Positions 24,265 to 37,990 of a stretch of DNA of 64,000 bases are shown one piece after another; the first letter of the stretch is position 1; every line of letters begins with the position of its first letter. The notes beneath the pieces were generated by a model. That model made no database searches and was not told the origin of the DNA. It worked only from the letters and a program-made list of their open reading frames with translations. This DNA is from Octopus vulgaris (Eukaryota). The stretch spans positions 52,266,001 to 52,330,000 of the forward strand of contig OX597816.1 of the NCBI GenBank assembly GCA_951406725.2, in the 5' to 3' direction. The translations under genes were made by a program, and so were the position numbers.

Positions 24265-24801
24265 TTGCAGCGTGGAAAGTGTTTATAAGCCATTTAAGAA
24301 ACACACAAAAACCGTTAGATTCACTTCAACATTTAAATTTAATTTTCCAAAATATTTTCGTCGCTTTGAGATCGAGACCTGTTCACTGACAAAATTCCGT
24401 GTTGCATCTGAGACAGTAACAGCTAGTTCATGATATATATGTACGTGTGTGTGTGCGTGCGTCTGTGTGTGTGTATGTGTGTACATGCGTATGCATGTGT
24501 GCATGCCCATATGTATGTACATGTTTGTACTCACGTACATACATAAGTACGCATGTACATACATACATGCGTATAGGCGTGCACACATGCATACGCATGT
24601 ACACATATGAATACACACACACACACACACATATCCTGAACTAACTGTTACTTTCTCAGATGCAGCACGGAATTTTGTCAGTGAAAAGGTCGCGGTCTCA
24701 AAGCGACGAAAATATTTTGGCAAATTATATTTAAATGTTGAAGTGAATCTAACGGTTTTTGTGTTTCTTAAATGGCTTATAAACACCTTCCACGCTGCAA
24801 T
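24265..24801. repeat. Inverted repeat of about 170 bp around a (CA/TG)-rich spacer
   Basis: 24265-24440 is the reverse complement of about 24630-24801. Confidence 0.93.
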
Positions 24802-25789
24802 AAAAATAAAATATTGCTTCTTATATAACATTCACGTTTCTCTTTATATATACGTCTCTCTAGCTATCTAACATTTCTCTCTATCTGTATCTCTTGTTTT
24901 CACTGTCAATTTTCAGACGCTATTCTTTTCACTTTCAATTTTCATACCTCATTGTTTAACTTCCATATTATTGTTTTCACTGTAAGTCTAAGTTTTGAAT
25001 CGCTATTTACAAACAACGACAAATCACTGACAGAAAGAAGTTCACAATTACTGATGTAAGTAATTTCATGATTTATTGACAGAAGTATCTTCATAAATTT
25101 CACTTGAGTCCGTTCGGTTTTGTGTTTTTCTGTTGTTGACCGTTTCTTTCTGGTTCCCTCTATACTGGCTCTTTGGTTCACTAAGTGACAAATTTCGCTT
25201 CAACCCGTACAATACTTTAATTTCCGAGAAAATTTCTTATTTACTTTCTGCCCGTCGTTTTAAGAAACATAATTTCCGTTACCTAGTTATTTTCTTTGCT
25301 TACTATCTTCTGCACCCGTGTATTTCTGTATACATATATAACCATGCTAGAAAGAAAGTGTTAAATTTATCGGTATAACTACAAATTTCTGCCCTCCCCC
25401 AATTTGGACGTTCATAACTTTCAGAAAAATTGATATTTTTTTTAATAAAGTTTTCTACAAATATGTGTTATAGCATGTAGATTCTGAATATACAAAATTT
25501 TTTTTTGGAGGGTAAGTGTTTTAGGAGGGGGTGAGGAATTTCTGTAAATTCGCTGGAGTCCATTTCCATTCCTCTTAAGTTTCAGGAAAATGGATATTTT
25601 TTAATGAAATTCTCTACAAATATACATCGGACAATATAGATTCCAAGAACATAGGAATTTGGAGGGAAAACAATTGGGGTTATTTTTGAGAACTGTTCCC
25701 CACTTTGGGGTGTTTCAGAACAAGTCGTCCATATTTGTTTCAGTTTCTCTGTTTTGTGCGTTTGTGAAGCTGAGAAATCTCTTCTCCAT

Positions 25790-26105
25790 CATGACAACAT
25801 GATGGTTGAGAATGTCTTCATTCCAAGGATACCTCTCATCTCAAATGATCTCCCTTTTCAGTTCAAGAGACTGCAGTTTCTTGTAAAACTTAGCTTTGCA
25901 ATGTCTATCAACAAAGCACGAGGTCAATCTTTAAAGGTGGTGGGACTTAACCTCCTCCAACCTTGCTTCTCACATTGTCAGCTGTATGTTGGATGTTCTA
26001 TAGTTGGAGATAAAAAGAACATCTAGATTCTCAGTGATAAACAAGGTAAGACAGAAAACACAGTATATGAAGAAGCGCTTACATGAATAGTAGGTCCATG
26101 TCATA
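25790..26105 (+). pseudogene. Helitron RepHel PIF1-helicase C-terminal fragment
   Basis: IPRIPLISNDLPFQFKRLQF.VKLSFAMSINKA.GQSLKVVG...FSH.QLYVGCS. Confidence 0.92.
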
Positions 26106-26571
26106 TACAGAAGTATAAAACCATTGAGTTTTAAACTATTACTATTACTTTTCGACTGACATACGTGAAAGTATATCTGTGCATAAAAGTGAAACAATAA
26201 CGTGATATATTCGCTGTCTGTTTGGGTGTGTGTACTCTACGCATGGCCTTTCATTGTTCATAATCTGTACCTATATTTTGGTTGCGAAATAGGTTAGACA
26301 AACATATATTTACTTTATATACATAGTGTTGAAAAGTTTTCACATTTCACATTGTCTGTCCTTATTTGTCTCCTCTATGTTTGGCCTCCTGTGGGCAATA
26401 AAGAAATATATATTTTGAAACTTGAGAGTTAAATTAAAATTATGATAACTAACATATGTATGTGTATAAAGTTATGTATTCTTAAAGAAAAATCTCATTA
26501 AATATTTGCGAATATTCATAGAGGAAAAACATGAGCTAACTTTTGATTAATATTTCAGAGAACAAAACCCA

Positions 26572-27404
26572 CATGATGTTCAGGTTAAATTTGACACTTT
26601 GCATCAAAGGAAAAGAAAGCACAATGTCCCATTCAAAAGCAAAAGTATGTTAAAAATTCAAAAAGCATCAACTAAATTATGGCTAGGAAATAACTGCTTA
26701 CTTAAAGTAGCCGACCCCAGCTTCCACCACAGACTCAAGACGGCTCCGGAACCTGACATGCGTTTGTCGCTGTGACCCTCGGAAGATTTTAGAACACCTC
26801 TTTGATCTTGATCATTAGCTCGTCCTTGGTGTTGCAGGCTAAGTGGTTGCTGTCATTTTTCTACCACGTACCACACATAGTAATCCAGGGGATTACACTC
26901 ATGAGAATTAGGAGGCCAGAAGTTAGGGCTGGTTTAGTCATAGGAATTCTCCAGCAACCACTTCTAACTCTTTCGGAGGGATGGCAACGAGCCGAGTCCT
27001 GCTGCCACACGTATCGCCTTCCAGCAGCAAACTCAAAATTTAACCAATCTCCAATAGCGTCACATAGCCATTTGAATTGAGCTCTAGGCCCTGTTCTAAA
27101 ATATGGGGCGGTATGACGTCACCCTCGCTGGAGACATACCCAAAGACCATCTCAATTTAAGCAAACTTGGTTTTATTGAGCAGCAGTCATATATCAGCAT
27201 TTTAATATTCGGCGCGAATCATGACACAGGCAACTCTTTTCCAATATTTAGATGGCTTCCAGCCTTCCATATCAGCTAACTTTTTCTCAAATACTACTTT
27301 AATCTTTATTCTCCCCAACAGTGCTGGTTGTTCGCCAATACATCAAACTGTTCCTGAAATAAATGAGACATGACAGACCCTTAAAATTTAGCTTGAACAC
27401 CCGT
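26572..27404 (-). mobile_element. maT (DD37D) transposon relic, internally deleted
   Basis: WQQDSARCH...WPPNSHECNPLDYYVW with 37-residue D-D spacing after repairing one indel; imperfect TIRs. Confidence 0.82.
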
Positions 27405-29531
27405 TACAAAAAGCATAGAGAGACTCAGTTCCTGCTGGATTTTATCTCGGTTTCAGTGCTGAGTGTTTCTCAGTTTCCATTCAGAAAGATGTTTGAAAAA
27501 CAAATGTCCTTGTATAATATCAAAGTTTGATAAATTATCAATCCCAGAAAATACATATATCTATCAAAATGAGTCATCCCTATGAATACCGTAAACATTT
27601 AATTACAGAAACAAATCGGACAATTATTCCATTTCCAGTCGAATGGATCGTTCGTTTATTTGTAAACATACAATAAAGAATGAGAATGAACAAAAAAGAA
27701 AAGAAAAAAAGATTTCGAAAGAAAGCAGACATAAAATTGACTATTGTTGTTTGTCATCTATTCTGCTGCTGCTGAAAGACTGCAAAAAGAAATAAAGTAT
27801 AATTCGGATTTTATTTACTGACAGCTGACAAAATTTCTCAAAAACTAAAATAAAAACGACAAAATGAGACACTAATGAGAAATCTCTCTATTAGAACATT
27901 AATCCTGTGTTTGTAATTTATTTTTAAATATTGACTGAACTGGTTCCTATCAAACTAAGGAGAAAAGGTTATGTTGTATATGAACTGAAACAAATATGCT
28001 CATTTTACTCAAATAACTCTGAGTAGGAAGGATTCAGATATGATTTCTGTTTAGTAATTTTCTTATACTTTTCTTTCATTTTCATGTTATTTCCCATTCT
28101 ATGTTTATTTTTAATGTTAATTTATCTTTCTTGTTATCCATTAATTTTTATTTTTGTCGTGACTGTTTAATTTTTCTTTTCTTTGATAACGGTCGTATAA
28201 TGGTTACATCAACTTTTTTGTAGTGCATATGTGATGGCATCTGGTATTAATTCAATCGACCAAAAAAACCATTGTTCGTCTATGTTATATCTGACTATTA
28301 AAAGTCGTAAATGTTCACATTAATTATTCTAGAACAATGAAACAATGACAGAACTAGCAAAGAGAGCAACAGACAAATTGTTTAGCATTCTATTATTACA
28401 TCTCTTTACATTTCGTGTTCAAATTGTCGCTGTGGCCTTTCATTTTATCAGACTTCATAAACTAAATTACCAGTCAAATCCTTGGGTTGATACACTGTAT
28501 TCGATTGTTACCATCGCCAAAATCTGTCACAGCAGTCATCTCTGCCTGTTATCGTTCTGGGTTCGATAAAGTACCATTTTTGGATGATCGACCGACAGAA
28601 GCCTTAAAGTGTCGTAAAATCTGCCTTTCGGTATTTGTTTCGGCTCTTAGCGTATTTAAGGTGGTGGACTTAATTTGTTGTCCAGTGTAACACTCTCACT
28701 TGGCTCTTAGGGGTTGCACTATATCGCAAGTATTTGGGCTTGCTATACGCTTGGAGGGCATTTTCGTTTATCTTTCCGACCAGTGAGTGTCAGATTATAA
28801 AGAGTTGTGTACTGTTTTTCTTCCTGACTAAAAGGATGAAAATATTCGAAATCATTTAGTACGTTTGTATCCCCGAGATCAAATTCCCTGAAGTCTGAGT
28901 TGTTTTTCATCTTTCCAGATTCAATACAATAAATGATGTATTTTTCAAATGCCTGGTCTTCTGCCCATATTGGGGAAATTAAACAATTCTGGAGTGTGAC
29001 TGCTGACAAAACTGGGGTCGTTGGATCAAATACATTGTAGTATCCAGTTACATTTCTCTATATATGAATTCAAATCACACCGGCACCATCTTGCTTTTCA
29101 TCTTTTCAGTGTCAATAAAATAGGATCCGTTTAAGAACTAGGATCAATCTAATAAAGTACATCCGTTCCCTAAAACATTGTCTAGTGCCCCGTGTAGACC
29201 GTGAGAGGACAGACATGGTGTTTTCACACCTTTTTTTCCATTAGAGAATTTTTCTCTATTGTAACTACAGTACCTTTAGCACTTGAAATATGTCGCGGAC
29301 ATATTTTAAGTAAACACTGCTTGCGTTGATATTACTGTAATTTTCACGACCGTAAAAATCAGCGCAAGTCAGTCTATGTCGTTGACTACTTTAGTTAAAG
29401 CCTCGGCTTTGGTTAGATCTGTCCAAAGTTGCCTCTCTACGATATTTTCCATTGATAACGGCTAAGGAGCTAGAGGCATCGATGTCTTGGAATCTGACAG
29501 GTGAAAGCATTGATGCTTTTATACCTTTTTT

Positions 29532-30024
29532 ACCGTAAGAGAGAACTTTTCCCCACGGTAACTGCAGTGAATTTGCCTTTAGCAGTCGAAATATGCCTCA
29601 AGCATATTTTAACTAACCTAGCGTTCGCTTATGCCTAAACACTGCTTGGCGCTGATATTACAGTAATATAAAGGGTAAAGACCCACTTCGGTCATGAATG
29701 ACCATGGAACTACACCTAGAAAGTTCCCCTCCGGGAAAGGCTGTTTATGGAATACCAGCAGTCGCCTATGCATACAAGCCTCTTTTCTCCACACTAGTGA
29801 CGTTATCAAATGCAAAGGTCGATACAACTTTGTACCAGTGACGTTCCACAACGTATCTACAACTGAGTGGACTGAAGCAACATGAAAGAAGGTGTCTTGC
29901 TCAAGAACAAACAGTGTTTAGGCATAAGCGAACGTTAGGTTAGTTAAAATATATTTGAGGCGTATTTCGACTGCTAAAGGCAAATTCACTGCATTTACCG
30001 TAGAGAAAAGTTCTCTCTTACAGT
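29532..30024. repeat. 113-bp inverted repeat (arms 29532-29644 and 29912-30024)
   Basis: Manual alignment gives 8 mismatches and no gaps. Confidence 0.95.
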
Positions 30025-30082
30025 CAGGTCCGAGCTCATAATTGTGAGCCCAACACTCTAATCACAGAGCCATGCGCCTTCA
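29670..30082 (-). mobile_element. SINE family D (tail 2), interrupted by the right arm of the inverted repeat
   Basis: SINE stops at ...TGCTCAAGAACAA and resumes at CAGTCAGGTCC...GAGCCATGCGCC. Confidence 0.8.
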
Positions 30083-30179
30083 CGTTGTTATATATATATA
30101 TATATATACACACGATATTTTTTTGTGCTTTCTTGTTGTGTTTGTGTTTTTTTTTGTGCTTTCTTGTTTGGATTAACTT

Positions 30180-30249
<70 letters not shown>

Positions 30250-30468
30250 GACCAGGTTATCAGATGTTATACACTGCTTGTCACAAAGCACTCCCTTGCA
30301 TTGTTGTAACAGGCCAACATTCTCTCTGAACAGAATACCAGTCCGTCGCGCAAGGTTACACATTTACCGTTGAGTGAACTAGAGCAGTGTAAAATTGACA
30401 CCATAAATACACACACTATAATATAACTAAATAATATACACACGCACGCACGCACACACACACACACA

Positions 30469-30657
30469 CGAGTGGGTGCTAAAAAGTTCCTAGCTTTGGA
30501 CAGAGGAAAATACAGGGAGATCAGTTAATTATGATTTTTATTCAACACATTTCCTTGTCAGATTCAGACACTTATTGCAGCGATCTTTCAGTTTTTTCTA
30601 AATCTTGTAAAAGAACTCGGAAAATTGTGTCGCCAACCAGGACTTTTGAGACACCCT
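30469..30657 (-). mobile_element. Mariner-derived MITE
   Basis: Imperfect TIRs (GGGTG..AAAAG.TCCT.G); interior encodes a transposase-like C-terminus KLKDRCNKCLNL...VE*. Confidence 0.65.
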
Positions 30658-31854
30658 TAAATCCAGGAACATTTCAGCTCTCCTTTGTATATATTTAAAG
30701 GACATGACTAATAGGTGTGATAAAATAATGAAGGTTATTATGGTTAATTCAGAAGAAAAAAATACTAAGAATAAAAATGGAATTAAATTCTCTGAAAACC
30801 AATTTAGTAATATTTTCTTCTTGAAAATCTTAAATATGTGACACACCATTCTCCTTTTGTGTGTATTTAACCAAATACACACAACCAAAGTGGAATAATT
30901 CCCTAAGAGATGTATGAATGGGGGTGATCGAACTGTTTAAAATATGTATTTATAATTACATATTATTCAAGAGAAAATTTATAAACTATTATTAGCTACT
31001 TAAAGTGGTTAAGTTTAGAGACATGCACAAATTATAAGATACCACAGTGAAGTATAGCGAAGTATATTTATGCGTTTTTAATGAGAAATATAGCGTGTGG
31101 TTTTATATAATTTTGACATTTTAAAGAAACATAATCTGAGATATATATTTACAATTGTAAGTACATTGTAATAAAAATAAATAAATAAAATGACTTGAGT
31201 AATGTTTATTGGTGTAATTATATCTGTATTGATGTTAAACTTTGCTACTTGAAGATGGAAAACATATTAGAGATATTCAATTTGGTGAAGTTACGTTAGA
31301 AATCTAAATTTGTTTATGTGTATGTAATATATAAATGTAAGTTAGGTGCAATATTAATTCTAAAATTATGATCTAAAGGTCATTTACCTAAATATTGAGT
31401 TGATAATAGAGTAATATGGATGTTTATGAATATTATTGGTTTAATCTAATTATATGACGGCTATCTCAACTTATATTTCGGCATGAAAAGATGAGCATAG
31501 ATGTTTATTAGTTTTATTGAGTGTAATATAACTATATGCGGCTGGTTTCAACTTATGTTCATAAGACAGCAACTCAAAGCTTTTGAAATTTAATCGTAGG
31601 TGATCGTTTGTGGGCGTACTCTTTTACTTGTTTCAGTTATTTGACTCTGGCCATGCCGGAGCACCGGAACTTTGTGATTATGAAATAAATTATTAACCAG
31701 TCGCCCATACTGCATCTTTAGAAAGCTAAACTTACTGTCATTTAAATTACAGAGACAAACATCGATTTTCTGAAACCTTTGTTTCCAAAGCCTTTGCGAA
31801 TTACTGCTTTTATTTTATAAACAGTGATGGTCGCCTTTATACTTAAAGAATATA

Positions 31855-32457
31855 TTTTATCTTTTGCTTGTTTGTCATTTGACAGCGACCTTGCTGGAAC
31901 ACCGCCTTGAAGGGTTTTAGTCGAAGGAACCGATCTCAAGACTTATTCTTTTGTAAGCCTAGTAATCATTCTACCGGTCCCTTTTGCCGAACTGCTAAGC
32001 TACGGGGATGTAAACACCTGCACCGGTTGTCAAGTGGTGATGGGAAATCACTCATACATACATATACATATATATATATACACACACACACACATATATA
32101 CACACACACATACCTATATAGGGAGAATTCACAAAACAAAAGACGAAGACAGGTGGTGTAGACAACATATGTATTAGTATAACACTCGAAGTGAAAAAGT
32201 CTTTAACATTTCGAGCCTACGCTCTTCCGCAGAAAGGAACACGGAAAGAAACAAGGAGAGAAAATAAAGAATGTGTAGTGGCTAGCGACACTATTGGCTT
32301 CTTTCAGTTTTCTTCTACTAAATCCACTCACAAGGCTTTGGTCGGCCCGAAGCTATAGTAGAAGACACTTTCCCAAGGTGTCACGCAGTGGGACTGAACT
32401 CGAAACCATGAGCTTGAAAAAACAGCAAGCTTCTTACCAAATAACCACGCTTGTGCT
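31855..32457 (-). mobile_element. SINE family A with nested insert 32121-32290
   Basis: Both halves are present, with foreign sequence in the central microsatellite. Confidence 0.85.
32201..32236 (-). ncRNA. Degenerate minimal hammerhead motif
   Basis: CTTT-CTGCGGA-A-GAGC-GTAG-GCTC-GAAAT-GTT-AAAG; stems intact, core A6 altered. Confidence 0.6.
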
Positions 32458-32828
32458 TTAAGTAAAATTTACTTGAATACAAATACAGCTACATGTACAT
32501 TAGCATAGATGATACAAATTTATTATTAAAAGTGTACTGTGTAAGATATTGTGAAACACAGCCGCCCATTAAACTAGTCTGCCGACTGAGGGACTTTGAA
32601 GTTCTTGCTCATAAATTTGTGCGAATTAAAAGAGGTTCTCGACCATCAGTGTTAGGAAAAATTGCTGTAGTACCCGTACAATGTAGATTCGTTTGGACGC
32701 TGTTAATAAATTATTTGGGTTAACTTAATGTTTACGTTGAATGTTAGTGTAACAGCAAGTAGTACAACAGAGGTTTTGTTCTTTTTTAGCATTAATCAAA
32801 AATATGCGATGTGAGACCATAGCAATAT

Positions 32829-32976
32829 AGGTGTCACTTTAGCGAGCGGGCTACTAGCCCATTCACTCTTTAGCGGGAGGCCTAACCCTAAGCCAACACT
32901 ATTCCTGACCTGGACCATGTCATTTCACCGCGTGGACTACGGACAGTGCGTTAGAGTGCATGCTGATGTGACACCG
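32829..32976. mobile_element. Small MITE
   Basis: TIR GGTGTCAC.T.AGC / GCTGATGTGACACC; internal CCTAACCCTAA. Confidence 0.6.
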
Positions 32977-33289
32977 TAATATTTATATACGATGTAATCG
33001 ATAATCGTATGGATTCTTAGCCTGACAATGCCATGTCTTTCAAAAAAAAAAAAACAATGAAAATGTTTCATCTCACCACTGTTCCGTTTTTATTAATAAA
33101 AAAAATAAAAGAATCATCTGAATCCAAAGTAAAATTTTCTTGTCTTCGCCATAGTGTTTGTTAAAGAAGTTATAAAAGTATTTTATTCTTATTAAACACA
33201 ATAAATTATTTGGTTTATTTTCATATCTCATAGCAACCCACTCTGAGAAACACTGATGTAATACATTTTGAAAGTTATAACGATTAACG

Positions 33290-33600
33290 TCGCCCTTTTC
33301 AAGCCTGGCCAGGCTCATGGGTCCGGTTTCCGGTTTCTGTGTTGTATGTGTGCCCCCCCCCCCACCCCGGATGGACGGGACGCCAATCCATCGCAGCGTT
33401 ACTCAAGAAACAGTAAGAGAGAGTGAGAGAAAGTTGTGGCGAAAGAGTACAACATGGGTCGCCACCACCCCATGCCGGAGCCTCGTGGAGCTTTTAGGTG
33501 TTTTCGCTCAATAAACACACACAACGCCCGGTCTGGGAATCGAAACCGCGATCCTTCGATCGCGAGTTCGCTGCCCTAACCACTGGGCCATTGCGCCTTC
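33290..33600 (-). mobile_element. tRNA-derived SINE family C head with family D tail 1
   Basis: GGCGCAATGGCCCAGTGGTTAGGG...GGTTTCGATTCCC head; tail matches 11295-11390. Confidence 0.88.
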
Positions 33601-34926
33601 ACTTTTAAATTTATAAATCATCGGTAATGTTAGTCGAAGTAATGAACGGGTAAAGGATATGTTGTAGGAAGGAGAATGAAAGTTAAAATATATGAACAAT
33701 AGTATGAAATTAACATCATCCCAGAGGCTGCAGGTTGGCAATGTCATTAAAGCATTGGATTGAATGTACACTGATTTCCAACTCTCTGCACACTGATTTC
33801 AAATCCCGGCCAGAATAATTTTGCTTTCACCCTTTTGGAAGTCAAAATACAAGTACTAATCTAGAGCAATGGATTGACAGAATTGTTCGTAGGGTGTTGG
33901 GCCAGATGCCTTGCGGAAGCTCTTTCGGCTGTTGTGGCAGCAACGCCTGCGAGGAACCTCATACCAACTGTTTTGGCCCAAGTCTGTGGTTTTTCCGTTG
34001 TACATAGCGTGTAGAGAGGACACTTGCATTCACGGGCAACTGCCAGTCTTCCTCGAAAAATCTTACCTAAGCCTTCTCATGCAGATATATGGCCAGACTT
34101 GACACACAGAGGCCGTCTGAGTATCGTCTCGATCAGTAATAAAGGATATTATTATCATTATTATCAAATGGGAGAGTTCGATAGAGAATGACTAGTAGGC
34201 GGAAAATATAAAAGTATTATTAAAGATATCTGACCTTTTAATTAATTTCAACATTCTTACAACTAATATTTTTACATAATCACAAATACAGCTAATATAA
34301 CTTGCCTTTAGCATATCTATATCAATTCCTCTAATTAACAACCTCCAATTTTAATTCATTTCCTTTTCCAGAAAATTTTAATATCAATATAGGTATAATT
34401 AAGCTAACAACTATTACCGAAGCCAAATGGTACAATGGAAAAAGAAGCTATGTATGCTTCATTATTAAATGTTTCGCTGTTAGGAATATACGATGTTTCT
34501 GCTTAATATCGTCTGCCCTACAAAACTACCAAAAGTTTAGAGAGACACAGAGGTGATTTTACGGGATCTTCACTTGCTAGAAATAGAAGATCTGTCTCCT
34601 TCAAATACTCTACAATCTTAGTACTATATACATTAGAAATTCAGCACTATATTCAATTTCATCCTATTCGTATTTTGTAATATAAGTGGAGGTGTAATTT
34701 TTGTACCCCTCCACCCGTCACTAATTTCATCTTCTTTTCTAATAAATATGTAGATATCTGATCCTTTCGTGGTACATCTTCGACCTAGTCTCTGATTGTC
34801 TCTCACTCTACTTCAGTAGTACAGTGATTGATATCCTTCTCTTCATCCAATATATTCAACCACCAGAATTGTCCCACTGTTTTTGTACATTTTGTTGTTT
34901 TCATTGATTACTTGTGGATCATCTCT

Positions 34927-35138
34927 CTCTTTACTCTTTTACTTGTTTCAGTCATTTGACTGCGGCCGTGCTGGAGCACCGCCTTTAGTTGAGCAAATCG
35001 ACTCCGGGACTTATTCTTTGTAAGCCCAGTACTTATTCTATCGGTCTCTTTTGCCGAACCGCTAAGTGACGGGGACATAAACATACCAGCATCAGTTGTC
35101 AAGCAATGCTAGGGGGACAAACACAAACACACACACGC

Positions 35139-35194
<56 letters not shown>

Positions 35195-35357
35195 GACAGG
35201 CTTCTTTTAGTTTCCGTCTACCAAATCCACTCACAAGGCATTGGTCGGCCCGAGGCTATGGCAGAAGACACTTGCCCAAGATGCCACGCAGTGGGACTGA
35301 ACCCGGAACCATGTGGTTGGTAAGCAAGCTACTTACCACACAGCCACTCCTGCGCCT
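34927..35357 (-). mobile_element. SINE family A, full length
   Basis: High identity to other family A copies. Confidence 0.95.
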
Positions 35358-35411
35358 ATGATATCTTTAAAAAATTTTAAACCACAAAGTTGATTGCTGT
35401 TTTATAAATTA

Positions 35412-35786
35412 CTAGCAGTATCGCTCGGCGTTGCTCGGGTTTGTTTCGACCCTTTAGAATTGGAATTTTTGAAAAGTAAAACTTTTGAATTATGTAGCTT
35501 GCTATTCTCTTTAAGTGAACATTTTTCTGGTTGAAATACACCGAAAAATGGCGACACAGCAGTAAAAAAATCGTAAAAAATAGGGATTTTCATAGAAAAA
35601 AAGCACTTTTTTGATGTAAATAATTTTTGGTGTTAACATGGTCTGATTTGAATTTTATCTTCTACGGAAGGAAGAGCAAGCCTTCCTCTATGATACTTTC
35701 AATTTTGGTCAACTTGCGCCGCAGGGTCTCGGAGGAGATAGTATTAGTTGAAGGCTACCAAACCTGCCATACACAGACAACTTCAG

Positions 35787-35838
<52 letters not shown>
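35412..35838 (-). mobile_element. Non-autonomous Helitron
   Basis: 3' hairpin CCGAGCAACGCCGAG followed by CTAG; 5' (TA)nAAAGCTGAAGTTGTCTGT. Confidence 0.75.
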
Positions 35839-35854
<16 letters not shown>

Positions 35855-37082
35855 TTACTAAACAAAATAGCTTATGCTGGTTGTTCAGAGAATGGGTGGC
35901 ATCTTGAGTGGAAGCATTTGTGTTCCCTCTGGAACCAGCCATTCGTAGTTTGTTTCTATCTGGGACCCAGTACTCACCTATACAATCAAGGTGCGGGCTG
36001 TAATATGCACAGCGGCACGCCTCCTAAAATTCAGTTGTCGTCGAATCTTAAACTCTTTATGAATTAGGGCGTGTCTACTCTCGCATGTGAATACTGACTC
36101 TGGCAAATTAAGCAAACGAGACCAACAGGGATTTAAGATGGTGGTATCACAAACTATTGAGACATACCAAGAGGACGACAAGACACTAAAGAATCTTGAT
36201 CATCCACAGCTGCCATACCCTTCTTCAACCGTTTTTATCTCGTTTAATGGCAGGATTAAGACTAGTCTAGACAGATAGGCTAACGTCGAACCCACTCCTT
36301 CACTTATACCCAACTCATGTACAAGTTCTGATTTCATAAAATGATATATCACGATCAGCATATGGAAGGCCGAAAACAGAAAATGACTAAAATATAAAAT
36401 AAATTGTATTTTCGATTTCGAAACTTTGGATTTTTATTTGGCAAGTTATTTTGCATAATATAGATGCGATCCAACATGTCATCTGCAGGAAAATGAGTCG
36501 TTAAGCGAAAAATGAAATTATTACACAAAGGCAAAAAGACAAATAGAATAATACAATAGTTAGAACTGTTAAAACGCAAAATACATTTAAATAATGATTG
36601 CTTTTATAATAATCATAATGGTTTCTTTTATAAAATACATTTAAATAATGACATCAGTCGAGAAAAATTTCCTTGCATTTACTTTCAATCGCTACACTTA
36701 TGGTCAATTTTCTGCGATAAATTTTAATCAATTATTTAAAAGAATATGAGATTGAGATTCTGTACATCCAATTTTTGTAGGTGAATGAGATGTTCCTAAT
36801 GATAGTTACTGTGATTTAATCTGACTTTTTAAAAGTGTTCTTCAATTTTTTTTTTCAAACAGTATCAAAATAATCTTATATTCCCATCTTTCTTTGTTCC
36901 AAATTTTCACTCTCTATCGATATATTTGATTATATAGCTGCCTTCTGTCGGTTTATTTGATGCTTTATCGAATTATATAGATATCTTTCCCTTATATATT
37001 CACAGGCATATATTTGTATGCGTATGTGTTAATAAACACAAAATTGTATTTTTACATCTAGATCGTGATATAAATACACACA

Positions 37083-37133
<51 letters not shown>

Positions 37134-37443
37134 GCTAGATTGAGACAGAGACTGATAGATAAATATTTATCTACTGGCTGGCAATAAGCCATCCCTAACA
37201 GCGAAGGACATTGATAAGAAAATTATGGCCATCTGTAATTGGACATCTTTTCTGAATGTACGGAAATTACAATTCCTCTACACAACGGACATAATATTTG
37301 TCTTAGTTTATTTAATTATGTTGCTGTTTTGTGAGAATTTCTTTTTCGCAACAAGTTCCATGGATAGAAGTAATATAGCTGCTAGATTTCTAATCATGTT
37401 TGTTATGGATACCTCAGATCCCGTTCGATGACGTTAATCCTTA

Positions 37444-37990
37444 TTAGAACTATAACCCGGCGTTGCCGGATCTAGTGCTAGTGCTTGTTAAGCATATTTG
37501 GTCTTTGATGAAAATCCCGCTCTCTTGTCATTCTCGTTAATTATTCCCTGCATTTCTCAAATCAAAAAAGTGTGCACGTTTGAAAGCCAAACCACATGAT
37601 AACGCGTCTTCGCAAAACACAAAAATGCGCTGAGTCCTACAGACTGTCTGTAAATGCGAACGCGCATTCAACTGTCAAGGGTAAAATTATCTCCGTCCAA
37701 TCAAAAAACAGCTGGCAGTCTATTGGCGTATCTATCTGTACGCACGCACCGCGTACAAATTTTGTATGATTTTTGAATGGATATGCCCATAACTTATGGG
37801 CATAAGGGGTCGGTTTATCGATTTTTTTTTCATGGATTTCTGGGGTGACTGGGAAAATGAAAAGATCTTCACGACCACCCTCAGACAGTTTTGAAAGCCC
37901 ATAGAAAATGCGAGCCTTTTACGTGAAAAACTGTGGATTTGTATAAAAGACACACAGATACACAGACATTTTGCCGTTAATAGTTATAGA
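37444..37990 (-). mobile_element. Non-autonomous Helitron
   Basis: 5' TCTATAACTATTAA..TGTCTGTG; 3' hairpin CCGGCAACGCCGG followed by CTAA. Confidence 0.72.

Noticed and set aside
25754-26026. Cellular PIF1 gene
   Set aside because: Isolated fragment with substitutions in conserved motifs and a premature stop, in Helitron-like context.
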